From NCBI GenBank assembly GCA_001779115.1, contig MFJF01000005.1, positions 142,888 through 206,887 on the forward strand: a stretch of 64,000 bases of DNA, in the 5' to 3' direction. The DNA is from Candidatus Gottesmanbacteria bacterium RIFCSPHIGHO2_01_FULL_40_15. Its GTDB lineage: Bacteria > Patescibacteriota > Microgenomatia > 2-02-FULL-39-11. Every line of letters begins with the position of its first letter. Within the stretch, counting starts at the first letter, position 1. The notes under the pieces are model-generated. The model ran no database searches. It had not been told where the DNA came from and worked only from the letters and a program-made list of their open reading frames with translations. Below, piece after piece: positions 39,410 to 47,216 of the stretch. A program made the position numbers and the translations under genes.

Positions 39410-39889
39410 TTATTTAATGCCGAATTCTTTAAAATAACGGTTAATTAACTCTAAAAATTGAGCTTCATTCATCGGACAGCCCGCCACCGTATCATCAACC
39501 CGGACAATATCAGCAACTTTTTTTACATTCTGAGTATAATCAAAAGTAATCAGGACATTATTAATCTCCCCTTTCAAATCTTTTTGAAAAGTATTTCTTT
39601 GTGATGAAGGCATTCCTATTACGGCACATGATCCGACAGCCACAAGCTTTTTAGCGTTATTTCGGATTGTTAACAGTTTTTTTTCCTGGGATTTTGAAGT
39701 TATTGCTCCTTCAATGAAAGCCACATCCAAATCAACAGGATTGCTTTTTTTCTGCAAAATAAGCATAGAACGGAAATCGATCAGATTCCTCCATTCCAAA
39801 TAATAATCATTTAACAGTTCGGTGAAAATAATTGTCGAGTCTTCACTGCAGGAAAAAGAAAACCAACCGATTTTAAGTTTATTATTCAT
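39410..39889 (-). CDS. [NiFe]-hydrogenase small subunit, minimal NuoB/HycG-like (proximal-cluster only, 3 Cys)
   Basis: 159 aa. Motifs FSCSED (NuoB CCxxE position with one Cys replaced by Ser), VGSCAVIGM (NuoB GxCAxxGG-like) and AGCP (GCPP-like). Start is 4 nt after... on the - strand it directly precedes the large subunit. Confidence 0.7.
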   Translation of the reverse strand: MNNKLKIGWFSFSCSEDSTIIFTELLNDYYLEWRNLIDFRSMLILQKKSNPVDLDVAFIEGAITSKSQEKKLLTIRNNAKKLVAVGSCAVIGMPSSQRNTFQKDLKGEINNVLITFDYTQNVKKVADIVRVDDTVAGCPMNEAQFLELINRYFKEFGIK

Positions 39890-39898
39890 TTTTTTACC

Positions 39899-39927
39899 AG
39901 ATTACTCTCATTTTTCCGGTTAGTCAA
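39899..39927 (-). promoter_or_regulatory. Putative sigma-70 promoter of the hydrogenase structural operon (TTGACT-N17-TAATCT)
   Basis: On the - strand: TTGACT (39927-39922), 17-nt spacer, TAATCT (39904-39899), about 10 nt upstream of the small-subunit ATG. A short or no leader is implied. Confidence 0.4.
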
Positions 39928-39985
39928 TTCCGATTTAATCCTTTACAAGACTATTTTATTTCTTTTATGCTGTTATTATAGTTAT

Positions 39986-41494
39986 ATGAAGTTAAAAGTC
40001 AGGGGCAAAATAATTATTGCCTTGGTTTTTAGTACCATAATCTTTACAGCTTTGAATTTGACCGCATTTATTCCGGGCGGGAATATTAATCGGCTATTGA
40101 CTTTCGCAGGCGGTGTCATCCTCATGACCGGTCTTACCGCAATAGTATATTTATTTTTTAATTCAGCCATAAACAAATTTAAACAGTCTTTAGAAAAAGT
40201 AGAAAAAAACATTCTCAATACCGATGCTTCCATGAGTAAAAATTTAGATATTGAAGATATGGCAACATCATTTGATTTACTTATTAATCAGGTCCAGGAA
40301 AAAGAAGGCAATTTAAAAAATGAAGAAAAAAAGATGGAATCCATGCTGCAGGCATTATCTGAGGCCGTAATAGCTATTGACGAAAGTTTCCGGATACTGG
40401 TCTTCAATAAAACCGCGGAATTATTTACCGGTTTTACAGCTCAAACTGTCATGGGAAAACATATTGATGAAATAGTACAACTTTACGGCGGAGACGAAAA
40501 AATCGTCTTATCCAATTATATCCAAAAGCCGGATGAACTGGCGTCCATTCACCGGGAAAGAGGCCTGCAGATTAAATCTCAATCGGAAAAAATATTTTAC
40601 GTTTCAATCGATGTGGCGCCTTTAGTCTTTGGGAGCGGAGAAAGCCACGGATATATTCTGACTTTTTATGATGAAACAAATCAAAAAGCGCTTGAAGAAA
40701 TGAAACTCGATTTCGTTTCAATGGCAGCTCATGAACTCAGAACCCCCCTAACAGTTATCAGAGGTTATGCCGAATTATTAAATTCCGAAATCGGGGAAAA
40801 ACTGTCTCCTGAACACCAGGAACATTTACACAGACTTTCTTATAATGCCAGCAATTTAGGCACTTTAATAGATAATCTTCTAAATGTGTCAAGAATAGAA
40901 AGAGGTTCATATAAAATCGAGCCTGTTCCGGTTGATCTTCTGTCTCTGGTCAGAAATACTGTAACCGACATGGTAGATCAGGCAAACAGTAAAGGGCAGA
41001 AACTTATATTTACAGAACCTGATGAAAAAGTGCCTCTTGTTTTGGCTGATCAATCAAGAATAAATCAGGTGTTAACTAACCTGATTACCAACGCAATTAC
41101 TTATACTCCGGTTGGTGAATCAATAACCGTTTCCATTTCAAGAAAAGATTCTTTTGTCGGTGTTACCGTAAAAGATACCGGAATTGGAATTCCTAAAGAA
41201 GCTTTATCCAAGCTGTTTACTAAATTTTTCCGGGTTTCAAGCGTACTGGAACAGGGTTCAAAAGGAACAGGATTGGGACTTTTTATTTCCAAATCAATTA
41301 TTTCCATGCACGGCGGAGACATTTCAGTTGACAGTGAACTGGGAAAAGGTTCAACATTTATTTTTACCCTGCCGATCGCAACAAATGTACCGGTTGACCA
41401 GTTAATCTCCCCTGCACCAATAGGAAGAACCGGAAAAGGAATTATGATTAATCCTGAAAGAATGGCCCAACGTATTTCCGGGGGTCAGTTATAA
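39986..41494 (+). CDS. Sensor histidine kinase (TM-PAS-HisKA-HATPase_c)
   Basis: 502 aa. Two N-terminal TMs, a PAS-like region, H-box AAHELRTPLTVIRGY, and N, G1 (DTGIGI) and G2 (GTGLGL) boxes. Confidence 0.85.
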   Translation: MKLKVRGKIIIALVFSTIIFTALNLTAFIPGGNINRLLTFAGGVILMTGLTAIVYLFFNSAINKFKQSLEKVEKNILNTDASMSKNLDIEDMATSFDLLINQVQEKEGNLKNEEKKMESMLQALSEAVIAIDESFRILVFNKTAELFTGFTAQTVMGKHIDEIVQLYGGDEKIVLSNYIQKPDELASIHRERGLQIKSQSEKIFYVSIDVAPLVFGSGESHGYILTFYDETNQKALEEMKLDFVSMAAHELRTPLTVIRGYAELLNSEIGEKLSPEHQEHLHRLSYNASNLGTLIDNLLNVSRIERGSYKIEPVPVDLLSLVRNTVTDMVDQANSKGQKLIFTEPDEKVPLVLADQSRINQVLTNLITNAITYTPVGESITVSISRKDSFVGVTVKDTGIGIPKEALSKLFTKFFRVSSVLEQGSKGTGLGLFISKSIISMHGGDISVDSELGKGSTFIFTLPIATNVPVDQLISPAPIGRTGKGIMINPERMAQRISGGQL

Positions 41495-41511
41495 TAGAAT
41501 TAGAAATCAAT

Positions 41512-42213
41512 ATGAAAACGATACTTATTGTTGAAGATGATTTTCATATCCAGGATATTTACCGGATGGCTTTTCTTAAAACCGGAAATTATTCCGTGGA
41601 AACAGCATCTGACGGCCAGGAAGCGTTGGTTAAATTAAGAGCTCATGTCTATGACCTGATTCTTTTGGATATCATGCTGCCAAAAGTTACCGGAATCGAT
41701 GTACTTCGGGCTATGAGGTCACCGAGTTCACCGACAAGAGATACGCCGATAATTCTTATTACGAATTTGGGCCAGGAAGACATAATAAAAGAGGCGTTTA
41801 AAATAGGTGCAGACGGTTATTTGATAAAAGCCCAATTTACACCAAATGATGTCGTGGCTGAAGTTGACGCGTTTTTCGAGCAAATGGCTCAAATAAAAGA
41901 ACAACCTACGCCGGCACAACAATCTTCCCCAGCAGCAGCAGCTTCGGTACTTGGAAATGATGAAAACACAGCCCCGACCCAGCCAACTCCGGTTATGACT
42001 CCGGCAGCCTCACAACCCGTTAATGAACAAAATTCAACAACGACGGCGCTATCAGGTAATAAATCGAGCTCTGATTCAGATCAAACAGTTTCATCAAATC
42101 CGATGGGACAAAATATGCCAAATGATACGCCAGTTCCTCCCCCGGAGTCAGCCGGTGAAAACCTTCCCGGTGATGGAAAAGCGGATATAAGTCCAGGTAA
42201 AACTTCCGTCTAA
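41512..42213 (+). CDS. Response-regulator receiver domain fused to ~110-aa Pro/Thr/Ser/Gln-rich disordered tail (no output domain)
   Basis: 233 aa. REC domain (DD...D52 in LLDIMLP...K) up to about residue 120, then a low-complexity tail. Confidence 0.8.
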   Translation: MKTILIVEDDFHIQDIYRMAFLKTGNYSVETASDGQEALVKLRAHVYDLILLDIMLPKVTGIDVLRAMRSPSSPTRDTPIILITNLGQEDIIKEAFKIGADGYLIKAQFTPNDVVAEVDAFFEQMAQIKEQPTPAQQSSPAAAASVLGNDENTAPTQPTPVMTPAASQPVNEQNSTTTALSGNKSSSDSDQTVSSNPMGQNMPNDTPVPPPESAGENLPGDGKADISPGKTSV

Positions 42214-42474
42214 TCAGCCTGCCTTAAAACGATAAACAGTTTTACTTTGTTTAGCTTTTCTTTTCCGTTCGGCAGAACGCCTTATTTTTTCACCGATAAC
42301 CAAAGTGACGGCACTGGTTCCGGCAAGTAATATACCTCCTGATACCAATCCGGGTACTGTCCGGACAACGCCGTAAGCCGCTCCTGCCAAACCGGCCACA
42401 ATTCCGGTTTTGTCAATTTTTTTGGAGATTTCAGCAGCCCTTTCCGTCAAGGATTTTTTCTCTTTTGGTGTCAT
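42214..42474 (-). CDS. Small hypothetical membrane protein
   Basis: 86 aa with a Gly/Ala-rich TM segment. No known motif. Confidence 0.35.
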   Translation of the reverse strand: MTPKEKKSLTERAAEISKKIDKTGIVAGLAGAAYGVVRTVPGLVSGGILLAGTSAVTLVIGEKIRRSAERKRKAKQSKTVYRFKAG

Positions 42475-42553
42475 TTAGCCGCTTTATTTATATAAGTAGG
42501 AATTTATATTTAAACTGTTTTCCGGTAAGAAAAAGTTATGGGGATAAAAGCAC

Positions 42554-43117
42554 TTATTTCTCTTTAATAAGAATAGGGACAAGCATCAGAACTATAATCA
42601 GAAGAAAAGCGGTCGCAGCCATCAACGGAATTGTTATATACCCCAGTTCCATGACAAAACTGTTAGAGCAGGATACGGAATAGCCGATTGTACTGCAGGG
42701 TAAGATAGACTGACCCCCTCTTTGAAGATAATAATGATAAAAGGCGATAACAATGCCGATTCCTGACAGGGTAATCAGGTAATCATTTATACTTTTGTCT
42801 TTTTTCCAAATCGCCAGGCTTAAAAGCAGCGGCATCGGATACATTAAAATCCGCTGAAACCAGCAGAGTTTACAGGGCTCAAAACCGGCTATTTCGGAAT
42901 AAAACAGACTGCCTAATGTTGCCGTCAGAGAGACTATTAAAGCCAAATGATAGGAATATTTTACTATTTTTCTAAAAATACTGTTTTTTACGAATTTAAG
43001 CTTTTTTTTATTCAGAAAATAAAAGAGGAAAATTACTAAAAATGAAATACCAATAACCTGTCCGAAAACCGTTAAAATCGCGAGTATCCGGTTGACTAAG
43101 AAAACTGACTGATTCAT
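42554..43117 (-). CDS. DsbB/BdbC-family disulfide bond formation protein
   Basis: 187 aa, 4 TM. CKLCWFQRILMYP matches the BdbC/DsbB CxLCWYQR active-site loop. Second Cys pair CSTIGYSVSC. Confidence 0.65.
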   Translation of the reverse strand: MNQSVFLVNRILAILTVFGQVIGISFLVIFLFYFLNKKKLKFVKNSIFRKIVKYSYHLALIVSLTATLGSLFYSEIAGFEPCKLCWFQRILMYPMPLLLSLAIWKKDKSINDYLITLSGIGIVIAFYHYYLQRGGQSILPCSTIGYSVSCSNSFVMELGYITIPLMAATAFLLIIVLMLVPILIKEK

Positions 43118-43152
43118 GAGATAAGTGCTATAATTATAGACTTTTTGATTAA

Positions 43153-45453
43153 ATGATCAAAATCATATCATCAATTTTCCGAAAACTTATACCCTACTGG
43201 TTTTTAATTTCTATTTTTCTCCTATTTATTATATTTCTTTTCGGCCTGTATACCTATTTCCGATATGTAGATAGTATAGCAACACCTTTTAAGCTAATGA
43301 ACAGCAATAACACAGGAATAATACTTTATGACAGAAAAGGCAGAATCTTTTACCAAAGCCCAAGTGTTAAACCGATACAGCCTGTTTCCCTTACAAAAAT
43401 TCCCAAATTTTTAACCGATGCGACGTTATCAATTGAGGATAAGGATTTTTATCGGCATTCGGGATTTTCGGGAAGGGGTATACTCCGATCCATAGGGCTT
43501 AACATAAGGACGGGAAGTAACATCGGCGGGTCTACAATTACCCAGCAGCTTGTCAAAAACGCCATTTTATCCGATGAAAAAACGTTCAGGCGAAAGTTCC
43601 AGGAACTGATTTTATCTTTTGAAGTGGAAAGACGCTATTCCAAAGATCAAATTCTTGAAATGTATTTAAATTCCATTTATTACGGCAGCGGTGCTTACGG
43701 AGCGGGACAGGCAAGTTTACTTTATTTCAATAAAGACATCAGTAAAATTAATTTGGCGGAATCAGCAATTCTGGCAGCTCTTCCACAATCCCCTTCCAGA
43801 CTGACACCATACGGGGGCGACCGGGAGGCATTGTTTTCAAGACAAAAAATTGTTTTTAAAGAAATGAAAAATGCCGGTTTTATAGGCGAAGCTGAATATG
43901 AAAAAGGTCTTGAAGAAAAAGTTGTATTTGCAGCATCCCGGGAATCTGATGATAATTTGATCCAAGCACCGCATTTCGGCATTTATATCAGAGAATATCT
44001 TTTTAACAGATACGGTGAAGACAAAGTTATCAGAAACGGATTTAAAATTACAACATCTCTTGATGCTTCACTTCAGGCAAAAGCCCAATCTATCCTGCAG
44101 GAGAAAATAAGAGGACTGGCAGAGCAAAAAGTAACAAACGGAGGAGCAATAACAATAAATCCGGCAACCGGAGAAATTATTGTATATGTGGGAAGCAAGG
44201 ACTGGAATGATACCGAGTTTGGAAAATTTGATATAGTACAAGCCTTAAGACAACCCGGATCCTCATTCAAACCGGTAGTTTATTCCGCCGCTTTTATTGA
44301 AGGACACAAGACAACTGATATTCTTCATGATAAGCGGTCTGATTTTTCCGGGTATATGCCTGAGAATTATGACAGGAAGTTCCGAGGGGATGTCACTTTG
44401 AGAAGGGCTCTTTCCAATTCCTTAAACGTACCTTCGGTGGAACTTCTTAATGACATAGGAATTGAAAAGGCAATGGAACTGGCAGCTTCCATGGGTATCA
44501 CAACATTAACGGATATTGATAGATACGGGTTATCTTTGGTGCTCGGGGGAGGTGAAGTAAAACTATCGGAGTTAACAAGGGCATACGGTATACTTTCATA
44601 TCAGGGAGAGCTGGTAAATACCCATCCGATACTTAAGATAGAGGATAAAGCGGGAAACATTATTTATTCATTTGATTCGTCAACTCTTGAAGAGGTAGAA
44701 ACAATTAATAAAAATATTCCGGATTTAACTGAACTTATCGGCTTGAACGACAAACAGGGAAAACTGGACCAATTCACCGGTGGCAGAGGTAAAAAACAAG
44801 TTATTGAAGCCAAATATGCCTATCTGACAACAGATGTTCTTTCAGACCGAAGTGCCCGCGAAGAAATATTCACAGGAGTAACATCCCTTAATCTTTCCCG
44901 GCCGGGGGCTGTTAAGACGGGAACCACTGATGATTACCGTGATTCTTGGACAATCGGATATACACCGGATTATGTAACCGGTGTTTGGATAGGTAACAAT
45001 GACAACAGCCCGATGAACCGTGTTGCGGGCTCAGTCGGAGCGGCTCCCATCTGGCATGACATAATGGAAGAAATTCATCGCGGATTGCCAATCAGGCAAT
45101 TTCCTAAACCTGCCGGAATTGTTGAACTTAATATATGTAAAGATACCCTGCTTCCTTCATGTAATGATTGCAGCGAAAGTTTGCGTGAAGTATTTTCCAT
45201 TGAAACTGCTCCGGAAATACATTGTCAGAGTCCGGTAACTTTGGCGCCTACAGAAGTAAACCCAGAAGAGGAAGATCATGAGAAAAATAATGAAGAAGAT
45301 AATATAGGAGAAAATGACGGACCAACTGAAACTCCTCCGGTAACAATAACGGAGGAGCCTTCATCAACACCTCCGTTTATCTCAGGCAACTCACACCCTC
45401 TGACAATACCGGTGATTACTTCGGGAACCATCCCTCCAACAATTCTACCGTAA
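43153..45453 (+). CDS. Class A penicillin-binding protein (PBP1A-type transglycosylase/transpeptidase) with Pro/Thr-rich C-terminal tail
   Basis: 766 aa. GT51 motifs (EDKDFYRH, GGSTITQQLVKN), transpeptidase SGSSFKP, SxN, KTGTT. Confidence 0.9.
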   Translation: MIKIISSIFRKLIPYWFLISIFLLFIIFLFGLYTYFRYVDSIATPFKLMNSNNTGIILYDRKGRIFYQSPSVKPIQPVSLTKIPKFLTDATLSIEDKDFYRHSGFSGRGILRSIGLNIRTGSNIGGSTITQQLVKNAILSDEKTFRRKFQELILSFEVERRYSKDQILEMYLNSIYYGSGAYGAGQASLLYFNKDISKINLAESAILAALPQSPSRLTPYGGDREALFSRQKIVFKEMKNAGFIGEAEYEKGLEEKVVFAASRESDDNLIQAPHFGIYIREYLFNRYGEDKVIRNGFKITTSLDASLQAKAQSILQEKIRGLAEQKVTNGGAITINPATGEIIVYVGSKDWNDTEFGKFDIVQALRQPGSSFKPVVYSAAFIEGHKTTDILHDKRSDFSGYMPENYDRKFRGDVTLRRALSNSLNVPSVELLNDIGIEKAMELAASMGITTLTDIDRYGLSLVLGGGEVKLSELTRAYGILSYQGELVNTHPILKIEDKAGNIIYSFDSSTLEEVETINKNIPDLTELIGLNDKQGKLDQFTGGRGKKQVIEAKYAYLTTDVLSDRSAREEIFTGVTSLNLSRPGAVKTGTTDDYRDSWTIGYTPDYVTGVWIGNNDNSPMNRVAGSVGAAPIWHDIMEEIHRGLPIRQFPKPAGIVELNICKDTLLPSCNDCSESLREVFSIETAPEIHCQSPVTLAPTEVNPEEEDHEKNNEEDNIGENDGPTETPPVTITEEPSSTPPFISGNSHPLTIPVITSGTIPPTILP

Positions 45454-45478
45454 GGAAAAACAGTTTCCGCAATAAACG

Positions 45479-45512
45479 TAACCCCGCCCTTCGTAATGAA
45501 AGAGCGGGGTTA
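45479..45512. terminator. Bidirectional intrinsic terminator between convergent PBP1A and repeat-protein genes
   Basis: 9-bp stem TAACCCCGC/GCGGGGTTA with a 16-nt loop and T-rich tracts on both sides. Confidence 0.45.
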
Positions 45513-45527
45513 CTTAAATTGTTTATG

Positions 45528-46121
45528 TTACAATTGAGTGACTTCTACTTGAGCGTTATTAACCATATTTTTAACTATCACTCCGGCTGTAACATCGCCT
45601 GACTCAACACCGTTTTTGCAAATCGTATTGAAATTGCATTTATTATTTCCGGTGTTGGCGCTGATATTAACGTTATTATTAACGTTTGCCTTTTGAAATG
45701 TTAACACATTTGCATTTTGGCCGTCATTGACATAAACGGTATTGGTTGAAAACGGTCCGGTAATACTGTTACTACCGTGACCGCCACCCCCTTCATCCAC
45801 CTGCGTCACATATACACCGGTGTTGTTGGCATATGTTACCAACTTAACTCCCGCCTCAATCCCCCCAGTGTCTACACCGCCTGTAATTGTGTTGAAGTTG
45901 GATGTATTACCGCCAGTATTGGCTCTTATAGCAACGTTATTATTAACGTAAGCAAATTGTGCCGTATTTACATTAGCGGATTGCCCGTCCTTTACAACGC
46001 ACCTGTTACGGCTGAAAGGACCGGTTATGCGGTTTACGCATTTTGTGTCACTGGCCAGAGCAGGCATAGCCGCGGCCAGTAGCATTCCTCCACCAAGTAA
46101 TGCACCCCAGATTTTTTTCAT
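45528..46121 (-). CDS. Secreted Asn/Thr/Gly-rich protein with internal tandem duplication
   Basis: 197 aa. Signal peptide, then two ~85-aa repeats (ITGPFSRNRCVVKDGQSANVNTAQ... and ITGPFSTNTVYVNDGQNANVLTFQ...). Strong AGGAGGTG RBS. Confidence 0.5.
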   Translation of the reverse strand: MKKIWGALLGGGMLLAAAMPALASDTKCVNRITGPFSRNRCVVKDGQSANVNTAQFAYVNNNVAIRANTGGNTSNFNTITGGVDTGGIEAGVKLVTYANNTGVYVTQVDEGGGGHGSNSITGPFSTNTVYVNDGQNANVLTFQKANVNNNVNISANTGNNKCNFNTICKNGVESGDVTAGVIVKNMVNNAQVEVTQL

Positions 46122-46289
46122 CTATATTTTTCACCTCCTTTCTCCTTTTATATTTTTTTAATCAGGATTTTCATCCTATCGGTGTTTAATAAAGGCGGCA
46201 TAAGAAAGAGGTAAGACCTATTTAAGAAGACAATTTTTACTGTCTATGCGAGTTGCGCTTTTGTTGAATTATGGTAAAATCTTCCGGCA

Positions 46290-46961
46290 ATGATTAAAAC
46301 CGTCATGGTAATAGAGGACGAACAGGACGTAAGAAAATTCATCAATAACCTTCTATTAGATCACGGTTATTCTGTTGTTGAAGCTTCTGACGGTGTAAAA
46401 GCTCTGGATTTAATTGAGAGCAGGCGTCCTGATCTGGTAATTCTTGATTTAGGGTTGCCAAAATTAAGCGGTGAATCGGTGATGACCGAAATAAGAAAAA
46501 AATTCCCGGATATGCCAGTAGTCATATTAACCGCCAAAGATGCTGTTTCCGATATTGTTAAAGGTTTTAACCTCGGTGCAGACGACTATATAACCAAACC
46601 TTTTAAAGGGGAAGAGCTTATTGCCAGAGCAAAAGCCAGATTAAAACATTTGGAACACGGCGGAACCATTTTAAAAGTAGGTAACCTGGAATTAAATACA
46701 AAAACTTTTGAAGTTAAAAGAGGTGAAGACAGAATCAGCTTATCCCATAAAGAATATGAATTATTGCAGTATCTGATGATAAATGCCGGAAGAGTATTAA
46801 CCCGGGATATGATTCTTCAAAGGATTTGGCTGACGGCAGATTATATAGAACCGAGGGTTGTGGATGTATATATCGGTTACTTAAGAAAAAAAATTGATAA
46901 TAATCAAAATAAACAGCTGATAAACACAGTGCGGGGATTCGGATATGTAATCAGAGAATAA
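46290..46961 (+). CDS. OmpR-family response regulator (REC + winged-helix Trans_reg_C)
   Basis: 223 aa. REC motifs (EDE...DLVILDLGLP...K) and a C-terminal wHTH (LSHKEYELLQYL...RVVDVYIGYLRKKI). Confidence 0.9.
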   Translation: MIKTVMVIEDEQDVRKFINNLLLDHGYSVVEASDGVKALDLIESRRPDLVILDLGLPKLSGESVMTEIRKKFPDMPVVILTAKDAVSDIVKGFNLGADDYITKPFKGEELIARAKARLKHLEHGGTILKVGNLELNTKTFEVKRGEDRISLSHKEYELLQYLMINAGRVLTRDMILQRIWLTADYIEPRVVDVYIGYLRKKIDNNQNKQLINTVRGFGYVIRE

Positions 46962-46965
46962 GCTT

Positions 46966-47175
46966 CTAAAGATTCCTGTCTACCGTTTCGGTCATTTTTT
47001 GCAAATCTTCCAGAATCCGATCAAGTCTACTATTAATCTTTTCCAGAAAATTATGCCTGCTTCCGCTTTGTCTTTCAAAAAGCTTTAAATTAACCTTTAT
47101 GACCGTCAATGAATTTTTAAGACTGTGACTGAATTCATGAACGGTGTTTTTAATGATATTTTTTTTATATTTCAA
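46966..47175 (-). CDS. Orphan HisKA (H-box)-like mini-ORF; possible histidine-kinase remnant
   Basis: 69 aa. VHEFSHSLKNSLTVI resembles the HisKA phospho-acceptor H-box. No TM, sensor or HATPase domain. Lies between the PBP1A and OmpR-RR genes on the opposite strand to the RR. Confidence 0.3.
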   Translation of the reverse strand: MKYKKNIIKNTVHEFSHSLKNSLTVIKVNLKLFERQSGSRHNFLEKINSRLDRILEDLQKMTETVDRNL

Positions 47176-47216
47176 GGAAGATTATTTTATACGGAAGAAG
47201 CAATAAATTCAATAAA

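Noticed and set aside
35889-39889. Calling the hydrogenase group 4 (Ech/Hyc-type) because of the NuoB-like small subunit
   Set aside because: The large-subunit L2 motif ends in His (DPCxxCxxH) rather than the Arg typical of group 4, and no membrane subunits are present. It is therefore described as group-3-type with an unusual small subunit, pending phylogeny.
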